A DNA stretch of 64,000 bases, taken from contig CBDASZ010000001.1 in NCBI GenBank assembly GCA_965199755.1, positions 320,001 through 384,000 of the forward strand, written 5' to 3'. The position numbers were made by a program, and so were the translations under genes. This document shows, piece after piece, positions 22,182 to 32,149 of this stretch. The notes under the pieces were generated by a model. That model was given only the letters and a program-made list of their open reading frames with translations. It was not told the origin of the DNA and made no database searches. Position 1 is the first letter of the stretch; each line of letters starts with the position of its first letter. Source of the DNA: an uncultured candidatus Porisulfidus sp. GTDB lineage: Bacteria > Pseudomonadota > Gammaproteobacteria > Poriferisulfidales > Poriferisulfidaceae.

Positions 22182-23201
22182 ATGAATCAAGACACCTTGC
22201 GCGATACCGCACAAGCCATGGTCGCCCCTGGAAAGGGCATTCTGGCCATGGACGAAAGCCATCCGACCTGCCAGAAGCGCTTTGATGCGCTGGGGATCGA
22301 GTTCACCGAGGGTAACCGTCAGGCGTATCGCGACATGCTGGTGACCGCCGAAGGTCTCGCGGACTGTATCGGTGGCGCTATTCTGTTTGACGAAACCCTG
22401 CGCCAGACCTTGATGGACGGCACCCCGTTTCCGCAACACCTGCAGTCGATCGGAATCGTTCCGGGCATCAAGGTGGACCGCGGTGCCAAGGCATTGGCCG
22501 GACATCCGGGTGAGAAAGTCACAGAAGGACTGGACGGTTTGCGCGAGCGGCTTGAGGAATACTCCGAACTGGGTGCGCGGTTCGCCAAATGGCGGGCGGT
22601 CATTACGATTGGTGAGGAACTGCCCAGTGAGGCTTGTCTGGAAGCCAACGCGCATGCGCTCGCCCGCTACGCTGCACTGTGTCAGGAGGCCGACATTGTG
22701 CCGATTGTGGAGCCCGAAGTACTGATGAACGGGACACATGACATTGAACGTTGTGATGAGGTGACCACCCATACTCTGGAAGTCACTTTCGATCAGCTGG
22801 CGCGTCAGGAAGTCTGGCTGCCGGGCATCGTGCTGAAACCCAGCATGGTCATATCGGGTGATCACTGTCCGGTGCGGGCGGACGTGGGGACGGTCGCGCG
22901 CAAGACGGCTGAATGCCTCAAGCGTACGGTGCCGGCGGAAGTTCCAGGCATTGCGTTTCTGTCAGGCGGACAAAGTGACGAAGAGGCCAGCGCCCATCTG
23001 AACGCCATTAATCAGTATCCGGAATTGCCGTGGGCGGTGACCTTCTCATACGGTCGTGCCCTACAGCAGCAGGCCATGAAGACCTGGTGCGGAAAAGCTG
23101 AAAACCTAGCCGCGGGACAAGCGGCCATCGCCAAACGGGCGCAGATGAATTCGGCTGCCGCAAACGGGACCTGGCAGGCGGATATGGAACAGGCCGCCTG
23201 A
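22182..23201 (+). CDS. fba: Class I (Schiff-base) fructose-bisphosphate aldolase
   Basis: GKGILAMDES, GIKVDRG, ARFAKWRAV, VPIVEPEV, LKPSMV, FLSGGQS, FSYGRALQ. Confidence 0.95.
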   Translation: MNQDTLRDTAQAMVAPGKGILAMDESHPTCQKRFDALGIEFTEGNRQAYRDMLVTAEGLADCIGGAILFDETLRQTLMDGTPFPQHLQSIGIVPGIKVDRGAKALAGHPGEKVTEGLDGLRERLEEYSELGARFAKWRAVITIGEELPSEACLEANAHALARYAALCQEADIVPIVEPEVLMNGTHDIERCDEVTTHTLEVTFDQLARQEVWLPGIVLKPSMVISGDHCPVRADVGTVARKTAECLKRTVPAEVPGIAFLSGGQSDEEASAHLNAINQYPELPWAVTFSYGRALQQQAMKTWCGKAENLAAGQAAIAKRAQMNSAAANGTWQADMEQAA

Positions 23202-23211
23202 CGCTTCTCGT

Positions 23212-24261
23212 ATGGCCACAATCCGGGTCCAGGGGATCGACCGAAGTTTCGAGACCCTGGGCGAAGAATCCCTGCTTGACGCGGCCATCCGCGCGGGGAT
23301 CAGCCTTCCTTATGGGTGTGACGCTGGCAACTGCGGGCTGTGCAAAGCCCGACTGATCGAAGGCGCTACCCGCAAAACCCGACAACACGACTACGTCCTG
23401 TCGCGTGCGCAGCAGGCGCATGGCGATTTTCTGATGTGCTCTAACCAGCCGGACGGAGACATCAGCATTGAAGTCGAAATAGCACAGGATATCGCCTCAA
23501 TCCCGACGCAGACTCTGCAGATGAAAGCCCGGCAGGTGGAGCGTGTCGGCGAGGGTTTGCTCAGGCTGCAGATGCGCGTCCCGCGCTCACAACGACTTCG
23601 GTTTATGGCCGGACAGTACGGTGTCTTGACCTTCAGCAATGGTGCGTCCAGTGAAAGCGCCATCGCCAGTTGTCCCTGTGACGAGCGTTTCGTGGAGTTT
23701 CATTTGCGCCAGTTGCCGGATGACGCATTCTCGGAATATGCGTTTCAGTCCTTGCGTACTGGAGAGATGGTGACGCTCGAAGCGCCCGGTGGGCGGTTCA
23801 CGTTCGATGATGATTCGCCACGGCCAGCGGTATTTGTTGCATTTGACACGGGGTTTGCCGCCATCAAAAGCCTGCTCGAACACGTGACCGCGCGTGAGTC
23901 CGAGACACCCATGCACCTGTACCGAATCTGCTGCTCGCGTGAAGACCTGTATCTGGACAATCTGTGCCGTTCCTGGGCCGACGCCCTGGATGAGATCAGT
24001 TACACCTCGCTGATTATTGGAGAGTCGTATGAACGCTGGGCGGCGGAATTGTCTGGCCTTGATCGCGTCGCCGCCATGCTGACACAAGTGGCGGACGATT
24101 ACCCGGATCTCTCCGAATATGACGTTTACGCCTGTGCGCCAGAAGCGGTGGTGGAGCGGTTCGAGGGGTTGGCGCTCAATGCCGGATTGACGCGCAAGCA
24201 GTTTCGCGCGGAAGTGATCCGTGGCAATTCACATACGCGCTGTCTGGGCAGTATTCGCTGA
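23212..24261 (+). CDS. 2Fe-2S ferredoxin / FAD-NAD oxidoreductase (CDP-6-deoxy-glucoseen reductase-like)
   Basis: YGCDAGNCGLC...LMC 2Fe-2S motif, FMAGQY, C-terminal VYAC. Confidence 0.85.
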   Translation: MATIRVQGIDRSFETLGEESLLDAAIRAGISLPYGCDAGNCGLCKARLIEGATRKTRQHDYVLSRAQQAHGDFLMCSNQPDGDISIEVEIAQDIASIPTQTLQMKARQVERVGEGLLRLQMRVPRSQRLRFMAGQYGVLTFSNGASSESAIASCPCDERFVEFHLRQLPDDAFSEYAFQSLRTGEMVTLEAPGGRFTFDDDSPRPAVFVAFDTGFAAIKSLLEHVTARESETPMHLYRICCSREDLYLDNLCRSWADALDEISYTSLIIGESYERWAAELSGLDRVAAMLTQVADDYPDLSEYDVYACAPEAVVERFEGLALNAGLTRKQFRAEVIRGNSHTRCLGSIR

Positions 24262-24289
24262 CCCAAGTCCGGGAAAGCCCGATGCAGGA

Positions 24290-24627
24290 TTATGCGTGGG
24301 CTTCTCTCAAGCTCTGACTAGTGCTATTGTGGCTTTTTTCGGCCTCAGCCGCCTCAGCCAGACGCGCCTGTGCGAGTTCGTAACTCGCCCGCATTCGCAT
24401 CCAGTGATCTGCATTGCCCCAGCCGTTTTTTCTAACGCTAGAGCCATTTTTGCTGATACGCCAGATTTGCCATTCAGCAGTCGCGACAGCGATACCCGAT
24501 CGCACTCAAGCTGTTTTGCTGCTTCCGTTACGCTGCAGCCTAGAGAGTTCATGATCTCACGGACTAACTTACCTAAATGTGGCGGGTTAAGCATCCTAAT
24601 ATCACGCTCATGCTCCATATCTTTCAT
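24290..24627 (-). pseudogene. higA: HigA-family antitoxin with a frameshift at an A6 run
   Basis: MLNPPHLGKLVRE..SVTEAAKQL..RVSLSRLLNGKSGVSAKMALALEK continues in another frame as NGWGNADHWMRMRASYELAQAR. Confidence 0.8.
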
Positions 24628-24823
24628 TTATAAGTCTCCCTTTTTAGTAGTTTTTATTCACCTCGGTTATATGGTAGCCGATCAAGCCTGCAGCCACGAA
24701 TTTTCCAGTGAATTCGGAGTTTTTTGGACTTCATTGTTCATGTGAGACAAGCCTTTATCCTGGCAGTCCTTTTTGCCCACGTTGTATACTGCATTTCCCT
24801 ATTTTTCACGATGCAAATGCGTC

Positions 24824-27800
24824 ATGATGGCTACACAATCGCCCAAAGACAGCCTCTATAGCGCCGAGTTTGAGCGCGACAGCTGTGGTTTTGGGCTGAT
24901 CGCGCAAATGGATGATGTGCCAAGCCACGGCTTGGTGCAAACGGCGATCCATGCCTTGGGGCGCATGACGCATCGCGGCGCGATCGCGGCTGACGGCAAG
25001 ACCGGCGACGGTTGCGGCTTGCTGTTGAAGATTCCGGCGGATTACTTCCGTGCGGTCGCCGAGCGCGAGCAGTTCTCTATCGGTGAGCGCAATGCGCTGG
25101 CGATGGTGTTTTTGAGTCAGGACGAGGACCAGGCGCAGGCCGGACGCGATGCGCTGGAGAAGCGTCTGGAGGAGCAGGGCTTCAAACCGCGCGGCTGGCG
25201 TGTGGTGCCGATTGACCCGGAGGCGCTGGGCGAACAGGCGCGTGCGTCCATGCCGCGCATTGAGCAGTTGTTCATTGATCTGCTGGGGGCCAACCCGCAG
25301 CACTGCGATGCCTCATTGATGCTGGCGCGGCGACGGGCCGAGCAGGATGCCGCTGCGGACCCGGACTTTTATGTGTGTAGCCTGTCACCGCATGTAGTCA
25401 GTTACAAGGGGCTGATGATGCCGGAATGGCTGCCGCGTTTCTATAAGGATCTGAATGATCCGGCGCTGGAGTCTTCCATTTGCGTGTTTCACCAGCGCTT
25501 CTCCACCAATACCTTGCCGCAGTGGGCGCTGGCGCAGCCGTTTCGCTATCTGGCCCACAATGGCGAAATCAACACCATTCGCGGCAACCGCAACTGGACT
25601 GAGGCGCGCGCGCATACCTTCCGTAGCGCTGACTTGCCAGGACTGGAACAACTGCGCCCGCTGGTGTCAGCCACTGGCTCAGACTCTTACGCTCTCGACA
25701 ACATGCTCGAGGTGCTGCATGCCGGCGGCGTCGACATCTTCCGTGCGATGCGTCTGCTCATTCCACCCGCGTGGCAGCACGCGACCGACATGGAACCTGA
25801 TTTGCGCGCGTTCTACGAATACAGTTCCATGCACATGGAACCGTGGGATGGACCGGCCGGCATTGTGCTGACCGACGGACGCTACGCGGCCTGCGTGCTG
25901 GATCGCAACGGTCTTCGTCCGGCGCGTTACGTCATCACGCGGGATCGTTGCATCATGCTGGCCTCCGAGATTGGCGTACATGACTATGCCGACACCGACG
26001 TGGTGGAGAAAGGCCGGCTGGGTCCGGGTGAGATGCTGGCGGTAGACACACAGACCGGAGACTTGCTGACATCCGCGCAGATCGACCGCATCAACAGCAC
26101 CCGCAATCCGTACTGGAAATGGCTGCAGGAAGGCTCCCGCGAGATGCGCCATCTGGTTGATCATCGGGTGCGGGACTGGGAAGCGTATCCCCGCGCCACG
26201 CTGCGCCAGCACGAGAAGATGTTTGGGGTCAGTTACGAGGAACGCGAGCAGGTGCTGCGGGTGTTGGCCGACGCCGGACAGGAAGCGACCGGATCAATGG
26301 GCGACGACACGCCATTGCCGGTGATGTCGGGCCAGACGCGATCCCTGTATGACTATTTCCGCCAGCAATTTGCGCAAGTGACCAATCCGGCGATTGACTC
26401 CCTGCGTGAGAAAGTGGTGATGTCGCTGGAGACCTGTTTCGGTCAGGAACTGAATCTGTTCGATGAGAGTCCGGACCATGCCATGCGTCTGGTGCTGGAA
26501 TCGCCGGTGCTGACGCACAAGAAGTTCGAGCACCTGCTGATCATTGAGGATGACGACTATCGGCCGTTGCGCCTGGACCTTAATATTGACGCGGACAGCG
26601 ATTTGCGCGAGGCAGTGTGCGCGGTTGCAGAGGAAGCGGTGGCGGCGGTGCGCGACGGCATTGTGCTGCTGATTCTTTCGGATCGGGAGATCGCTCCCGG
26701 CAAGGTCCCCATTCCGGCGCTACTGGCGACCGGCGCGGTGCACCATGCGTTGGTGCGCGAAGGCTTGCGCTGCAAGGCCAATATCGTGGTGGACACCGGC
26801 TCGGCGCGAGACCCGCATCACTTTGCGGCCCTGATTGGCTATGGCGCGACCGCGGTGCATCCGTATCTGGCGTTTCAGTGTCTGGCGGACATGATGCAGA
26901 TGGGAGAGATCGAAAAAGAAACCTTCTCCATCATTGAAGGCCGTTATTGCGCTGGTGTGGACAAGGGACTGCTGAAGATCATCTCGAAAATGGGCATCTC
27001 GGCGATCACCAGCTATCGCGGCGCGCAGTTGTTCGAGGTTGTGGGGCTGTCGCGCGAGGTGGTCGATGTGTGCTTTGTCGGTTCGGTCAGTCGCATTGAA
27101 GGCACCGGCTTCGCCGAGTTGGCCGACGATCAGCGCCATTTGGCGGAACAGGCATGGAGCCTGCGGGATCTGCGGCAGGGTGGTTTGCTGAAGTACGTGC
27201 ACGGTGAGGAATATCACGCCTTCAACCCGGATGTGGTGCAAGCCTTGCAGACGGCGGCGCGCAGCGGTGAGATGACCGATTACCGCAAGTTTAGCGAACT
27301 GGTCAATCAGCGCGACCCGATGGTGCTGCGCGATTTGCTGCAGGTGCGCGAGGGCGCGACACCAGTGCCGCTTGATGAAGTGGAGTCGGCCAGCGACATC
27401 ACCAAGCGCTTTGATTCGGCTGGCATGTCACTCGGTGCACTGTCACCGGATGCGCACGAGACGCTGGCGCTGGCGATGAACCGTCTGGGCGCGCGTTCGA
27501 ACTCTGGTGAAGGCGGAGAAGATCCGAAGCGTCATAGCAGCCCGCGCACCTCCAAAATCAAGCAGGTCGCCTCCGGGCGTTTTGGCGTCACTCCGGCCTA
27601 TCTGGTCAGCGCGGAAGTGCTGCAGATCAAGATCGCACAGGGAGCAAAGCCGGGCGAGGGCGGGCAGTTGCCTGGTCGCAAGGTGAATGAGTTGATTGCC
27701 AAGTTGCGCTACTGCAATCCGGGTGTCACGCTGATCTCGCCGCCGCCGCACCATGATATTTATTCGATTGAGGATCTGGCGCAGTTGATTTTTGACCTCA

Positions 27801-29290
27801 AGCAGGTCAATCCGCAGGCACTGGTGTCAGTCAAACTGGTTGCCTCAGCCGGGGTCGGCACGATCGCCGCGGGCGTAGCCAAGGCGTACGCGGACCTGAT
27901 TACGATTTCCGGTTATGACGGTGGCACAGGCGCGAGTCCGCTCACCAGCATCAAGTATGCGGGTGGACCGTGGGAGCTGGGCATCAGTGAGGCGCAAGTG
28001 GCGCTGCGGGCGAATGACTTGCGCGGCAAGATCCGACTGCAGGCGGACGGCGGCCTCAAGACCGGACTTGATGTGATTAAAGCGGCCTTGCTGGGTGCGG
28101 AAAGTTTCGGGTTTGGCACCGCGCCGATGGTCGCCATGGGTTGCAAGTATTTGCGCATCTGTCATCTGAACAACTGCGCGACCGGAGTCGCGACTCAGAA
28201 CAAGGTGCTGCGTCGGGATCATTTCATCGGTGAGGCGGACATGGTGGTCAACTACTTCCAGCTGGTGGCTGAAGAGGTGCGTGAATGGCTGGCGGCGCTG
28301 GGCGTGCGGCGTATGGAAGAACTGATTGGCCGCACCGACTTGCTGGAAATTCAAGACGGCGCGACGGCGCGTCAGCAGCGGCTGGACTTGCGCCCGCTAT
28401 TGTCTGATGGCGGGGTGTCGGAGGATCTGCCGCGCTACTGCCAGAGCGATTCCAACCCTTCGTTTGACAAGGGTGAACTGGCGGAGCAGATGGTGCGCGA
28501 TTGCCAGATGGCGATTCGCGACAAGAGTGGTGGCGAATTTCACTACACGATCAACAACACGGCGCGTTCGATCGGGGCGCGGGTGTCTGGAGAGATTGCG
28601 CGACAGCATGGCGACCTGGGAATGGCGCAGGCACCGCTGGTGTTGCGCTTCACCGGTACAGCGGGGCAGAGTTTCGGGGTCTGGAATGCCGGCGGACTGC
28701 ATTTGTATCTGAAAGGAGACGCGAATGACTACGTGGGTAAAGGCATGGCGGGCGGCAAACTGGTGCTGCGTCCGAGTGAGGGCCTTGCGCTGGCGGCGCA
28801 TCAAACACCGATCATGGGCAATACCTGCCTGTATGGAGCGACCGGCGGCAAATTGTTCGCGGCGGGTCAGGCAGGCGAGCGTTTTGCGATCCGCAATTCC
28901 GGCGCGTTGGCAGTAGTGGAAGGCATTGGCGATCATGGATGTGAATACATGACCGGCGGTGCGGTGGTGGTTCTTGGAGAGAGCGGAATCAACTTTGGTT
29001 CCGGCATGACCGGCGGCTTCGCGCTGGTGCTCGATGAGCGCCAGAGTTTCCCGGAGCGCTGCAATAAGGAAATGATCGTATGGAAATCACTGGCGTCCGA
29101 TGAATGCTCGGACTACCAGGTGTACTTGCGGAAGGTGCTGATGGAGCACTGTGGCGAGACCGCAAGTGTTAGAGGGCAGCAGATTCTGGAGCAGTTCACG
29201 CAGTGGCTGCCCAAATTCTGGCTGGTGTCACCTAAGGAGGCTCAGCTCGAAATCCCACCGCCATTGGTTGGGATTCGCGAGGCGGCGTAG
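24824..29290 (+). CDS. gltB: Glutamate synthase large subunit
   Basis: ERDSCGFG, HQRFSTNT, HNGEINT, EPWDGPA, QGAKPGEGGQLPG, CHLNNCATGVATQ. Confidence 0.98.
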   Translation: MMATQSPKDSLYSAEFERDSCGFGLIAQMDDVPSHGLVQTAIHALGRMTHRGAIAADGKTGDGCGLLLKIPADYFRAVAEREQFSIGERNALAMVFLSQDEDQAQAGRDALEKRLEEQGFKPRGWRVVPIDPEALGEQARASMPRIEQLFIDLLGANPQHCDASLMLARRRAEQDAAADPDFYVCSLSPHVVSYKGLMMPEWLPRFYKDLNDPALESSICVFHQRFSTNTLPQWALAQPFRYLAHNGEINTIRGNRNWTEARAHTFRSADLPGLEQLRPLVSATGSDSYALDNMLEVLHAGGVDIFRAMRLLIPPAWQHATDMEPDLRAFYEYSSMHMEPWDGPAGIVLTDGRYAACVLDRNGLRPARYVITRDRCIMLASEIGVHDYADTDVVEKGRLGPGEMLAVDTQTGDLLTSAQIDRINSTRNPYWKWLQEGSREMRHLVDHRVRDWEAYPRATLRQHEKMFGVSYEEREQVLRVLADAGQEATGSMGDDTPLPVMSGQTRSLYDYFRQQFAQVTNPAIDSLREKVVMSLETCFGQELNLFDESPDHAMRLVLESPVLTHKKFEHLLIIEDDDYRPLRLDLNIDADSDLREAVCAVAEEAVAAVRDGIVLLILSDREIAPGKVPIPALLATGAVHHALVREGLRCKANIVVDTGSARDPHHFAALIGYGATAVHPYLAFQCLADMMQMGEIEKETFSIIEGRYCAGVDKGLLKIISKMGISAITSYRGAQLFEVVGLSREVVDVCFVGSVSRIEGTGFAELADDQRHLAEQAWSLRDLRQGGLLKYVHGEEYHAFNPDVVQALQTAARSGEMTDYRKFSELVNQRDPMVLRDLLQVREGATPVPLDEVESASDITKRFDSAGMSLGALSPDAHETLALAMNRLGARSNSGEGGEDPKRHSSPRTSKIKQVASGRFGVTPAYLVSAEVLQIKIAQGAKPGEGGQLPGRKVNELIAKLRYCNPGVTLISPPPHHDIYSIEDLAQLIFDLKQVNPQALVSVKLVASAGVGTIAAGVAKAYADLITISGYDGGTGASPLTSIKYAGGPWELGISEAQVALRANDLRGKIRLQADGGLKTGLDVIKAALLGAESFGFGTAPMVAMGCKYLRICHLNNCATGVATQNKVLRRDHFIGEADMVVNYFQLVAEEVREWLAALGVRRMEELIGRTDLLEIQDGATARQQRLDLRPLLSDGGVSEDLPRYCQSDSNPSFDKGELAEQMVRDCQMAIRDKSGGEFHYTINNTARSIGARVSGEIARQHGDLGMAQAPLVLRFTGTAGQSFGVWNAGGLHLYLKGDANDYVGKGMAGGKLVLRPSEGLALAAHQTPIMGNTCLYGATGGKLFAAGQAGERFAIRNSGALAVVEGIGDHGCEYMTGGAVVVLGESGINFGSGMTGGFALVLDERQSFPERCNKEMIVWKSLASDECSDYQVYLRKVLMEHCGETASVRGQQILEQFTQWLPKFWLVSPKEAQLEIPPPLVGIREAA

Positions 29291-29319
29291 TCCCCGGGTC
29301 CCGGGGCGCGTCGAGTGCC

Positions 29320-31116
29320 ATGGCCGGTCGAATCCCGAGGGAGTTCATCACTGAACTGTTGGCGCGTGTGGACCTCGCGCAGGTCATCGCGCCGCACGTG
29401 CAATTGAAGCAAAACGGTCGGGAGTATAAAGCCTGCTGTCCGTTTCATCAGGAGAAGACGCCGTCGTTCACGGTGGTGCCGGACAAGGGGTTCTATCATT
29501 GTTTCGGCTGTGGCGCGCATGGCACCGCGATCAGTTTCCTGATGGACTACACGCGCTGCTCCTTTGTCGATGCGGTCGAGGATCTGGCGCGGCTGGCCGG
29601 TATGCAGGTTCCGCGTGAGGCCGGTGCGCAGTTGCGACAGGAAAAGCGCGAGCCGTTGTACGAATGTCTGAATGCGGCCAATAGCTATTACAAGGCGATG
29701 CTGCGTGAGTCTGACGCGGCAAAGACTTATGCCAAGGAGCGAGGGTTGTCAGGCGAGATTTGCAAGGAATACCAGGTTGGGTTTGCGCCGGCAGGCTACG
29801 ACAGTCTGGAGAAGCATCTGGCTGGCAAGTTTGACCAAGACTTGCTGCTGAAAGCCGGCTTGCTGAAGAAAAGTGAAGACCGCGTGTACGGGCGCTTTCG
29901 TAACCGTCTGGTGTTCGCGATTCGCGATTCGCGCGGGAGGATTGCGGGCTTCGGCGGGCGTGTGATTGATGACGCGGACAAGCCCAAGTATCTGAACTCC
30001 CCGGAGACGCCGGTGTTTCACAAGGGACATATCTTGTACGGGCTTTACGAAATACAACAACGTCGCAGCAAGTTTGAGGAATTGGTGATTGTTGAGGGGT
30101 ATATGGATGTGATTGGTCTGGCGCAGGCCGGCGCAACCAACGCGGTCGCCACGTTAGGCACCGCGACTACCGAGGACCACCTGCGGCAGATGGGCCGGTT
30201 CTGTCGTAAGTTCGTGTTCTGCTTCGATGGCGATGCGGCGGGACAGACGGCCGGCTGGCGGGCGCTGGAGCATATCCTGCCAGTGCTGCGCGATGGCGAT
30301 GAGGTGCGCTTCGCGCACTTGCCGCAACAGGAAGATCCGGACAGTTATATCCGGGCGCATGGTTTGGAAGTGTGGCAAGAGTTCCTGGCGCAAAGCACGC
30401 CGCTGGAGGATTATTTTTTCGCGCATCTGTCAGAAGGACTGAATGTGGAAAGTGTCTCCGGCAGATCAAAACTGGTGGCCAAGGCGCGTCCGCTGCTGGC
30501 GTCAATGGCGGATTCGTCGTTTCGGGATCTGATGCTGAGTCTGTTGTCAGAAATAACCGGTCTGGGGATTGCGCAGTTGCGGGTGCCGTCCAAAGAGAGT
30601 GCGCCGGCACCTTCCGCGCCAAAGACTGCGCCGGCGCAGTCCGGGCGTCCGCCGCTGATGCGCAAGATGATCCGCATGCTATTGGAATACCCGGAACTGG
30701 CAGTCAAGGCTTCAAGTTCATTGCTGCAGCATTTGGAGGGTCTGGAGATGAAGGGGGCTGAAATATTCGCGGAGATGGTGGAAGTCGCGCGCAGTCATCC
30801 GGGCATCAATACGGGGGGACTGATTGAGGCGGTCGGGATGACCCAGGGCGAGGAGACGACCCGGCACTTGCATGCGCTGCTGCGCTGGCAGCCGACAGGC
30901 ATGAAAGAAGTTTCCGCAAAAGAACGGCAACAGCACTTCAGAAAAGGTCTGGCGCGTCTGCAGGATGAACGCCTGAAGGCGCAAATGTCCCGCCTGAACC
31001 AAATGCAGATGGAGGGTAAGCGGCTGAATACTCGGCAACAGAAGCAATATGAAGAATGTGTTGAGCAGCGACGACAACTGAGACGGGAACTGATTGGCGG
31101 CGGGACTCCGCGATGA
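29320..31116 (+). CDS. dnaG: DNA primase
   Basis: CPFHQEKTPSF..CFGC zinc finger, KYLNSPET, VEGYMDV, FDGDAAG, DPD. Confidence 0.97.
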   Translation: MAGRIPREFITELLARVDLAQVIAPHVQLKQNGREYKACCPFHQEKTPSFTVVPDKGFYHCFGCGAHGTAISFLMDYTRCSFVDAVEDLARLAGMQVPREAGAQLRQEKREPLYECLNAANSYYKAMLRESDAAKTYAKERGLSGEICKEYQVGFAPAGYDSLEKHLAGKFDQDLLLKAGLLKKSEDRVYGRFRNRLVFAIRDSRGRIAGFGGRVIDDADKPKYLNSPETPVFHKGHILYGLYEIQQRRSKFEELVIVEGYMDVIGLAQAGATNAVATLGTATTEDHLRQMGRFCRKFVFCFDGDAAGQTAGWRALEHILPVLRDGDEVRFAHLPQQEDPDSYIRAHGLEVWQEFLAQSTPLEDYFFAHLSEGLNVESVSGRSKLVAKARPLLASMADSSFRDLMLSLLSEITGLGIAQLRVPSKESAPAPSAPKTAPAQSGRPPLMRKMIRMLLEYPELAVKASSSLLQHLEGLEMKGAEIFAEMVEVARSHPGINTGGLIEAVGMTQGEETTRHLHALLRWQPTGMKEVSAKERQQHFRKGLARLQDERLKAQMSRLNQMQMEGKRLNTRQQKQYEECVEQRRQLRRELIGGGTPR

Positions 31117-31183
31117 AGAAGGCGGGGTGCGTTTCGGGTAGAGTAAGGGCGCGTGTTGTTGAGCCTGGAGGAGTACTGACGCG

Positions 31184-32008
31184 ATGAAATCGTTTGACGC
31201 CCCGGTGATCATGGGGATCCTCAATGTGACCCCGGACAGTTTCTCGGATGGCGGGGCCTATCCTTCGACGTCGCGTGCGGTCGCCCGCGCGGTGGAAATG
31301 GTGGAAGAGGGTGCGGCGATCATCGATGTTGGTGGTGAGTCCACCCGACCCGGCGCGGAACGCATTGATGCGACTGAGCAGAAGCGGCGTATTCTCGATG
31401 TGATTGAGGAGGTGCGCAAGGCGGTGGGGACAGAGATTCAGATCAGTGTGGATACGACGCTGAGCGAGGCGGCCAGCGCAGCACTGGATGCCGGTGCCGA
31501 CATGATCAACGATGTGTCCGCGGGGCGTGATGACCCAGAGATGTTCGCGCTGGTGGCCGAGCGTGGTGTTCCTTATTGTCTGATGCACATGCAAGGCACG
31601 CCGATGACCATGCAGGATGATCCGCAATACGAAGATGTCGTGATGGAAGTGCGAGAGTTTCTGCTGGAACGCGCCAAGGTGGCGCAAGATTCGGGCGTGG
31701 CGCGTGAGCAGATTGTGCTGGACCCTGGCATTGGGTTTGGCAAGCGCACCGAGCATAACTTGCAACTGATCGCGAATCTGCGCCAGTTGGTGGTAAGCGG
31801 CTATCCGATTCTATTGGGCACCTCGCGCAAGCGGTTTATTGGTGAGGTGGCGGGTTCTTCAGATCCGGCCTCACGGATGCCGGCGACGGTAGCGACTACA
31901 GGCTTGGGGGTGTCCGCAGGAGTGCGAATATTCCGCGTGCATGATGTCTGGCAGAACTATCAGGCGATGCAAGTCGCGCAGGCGCTGCTGGAGCGGGAAT
32001 ATTCCTGA
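31184..32008 (+). CDS. folP: Dihydropteroate synthase
   Basis: MGILNVTPDSFSDGG, DVGGESTRPG, DPGIGFGK, SRKRF, RVHDV. Confidence 0.97.
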   Translation: MKSFDAPVIMGILNVTPDSFSDGGAYPSTSRAVARAVEMVEEGAAIIDVGGESTRPGAERIDATEQKRRILDVIEEVRKAVGTEIQISVDTTLSEAASAALDAGADMINDVSAGRDDPEMFALVAERGVPYCLMHMQGTPMTMQDDPQYEDVVMEVREFLLERAKVAQDSGVAREQIVLDPGIGFGKRTEHNLQLIANLRQLVVSGYPILLGTSRKRFIGEVAGSSDPASRMPATVATTGLGVSAGVRIFRVHDVWQNYQAMQVAQALLEREYS

Positions 32009-32149
32009 GTGTGGTTGTGAGCTGGAAAAGCGCAGATTAGTCAGCCTTCTTGTAGAAGGCATAGATCAGGGTCTTTGTGATAAAGGAACTTAACACAAAC
32101 CCCTTTTGTGTCTCATATATCGCCGAATATGATTTACAAAAATGCAGGC

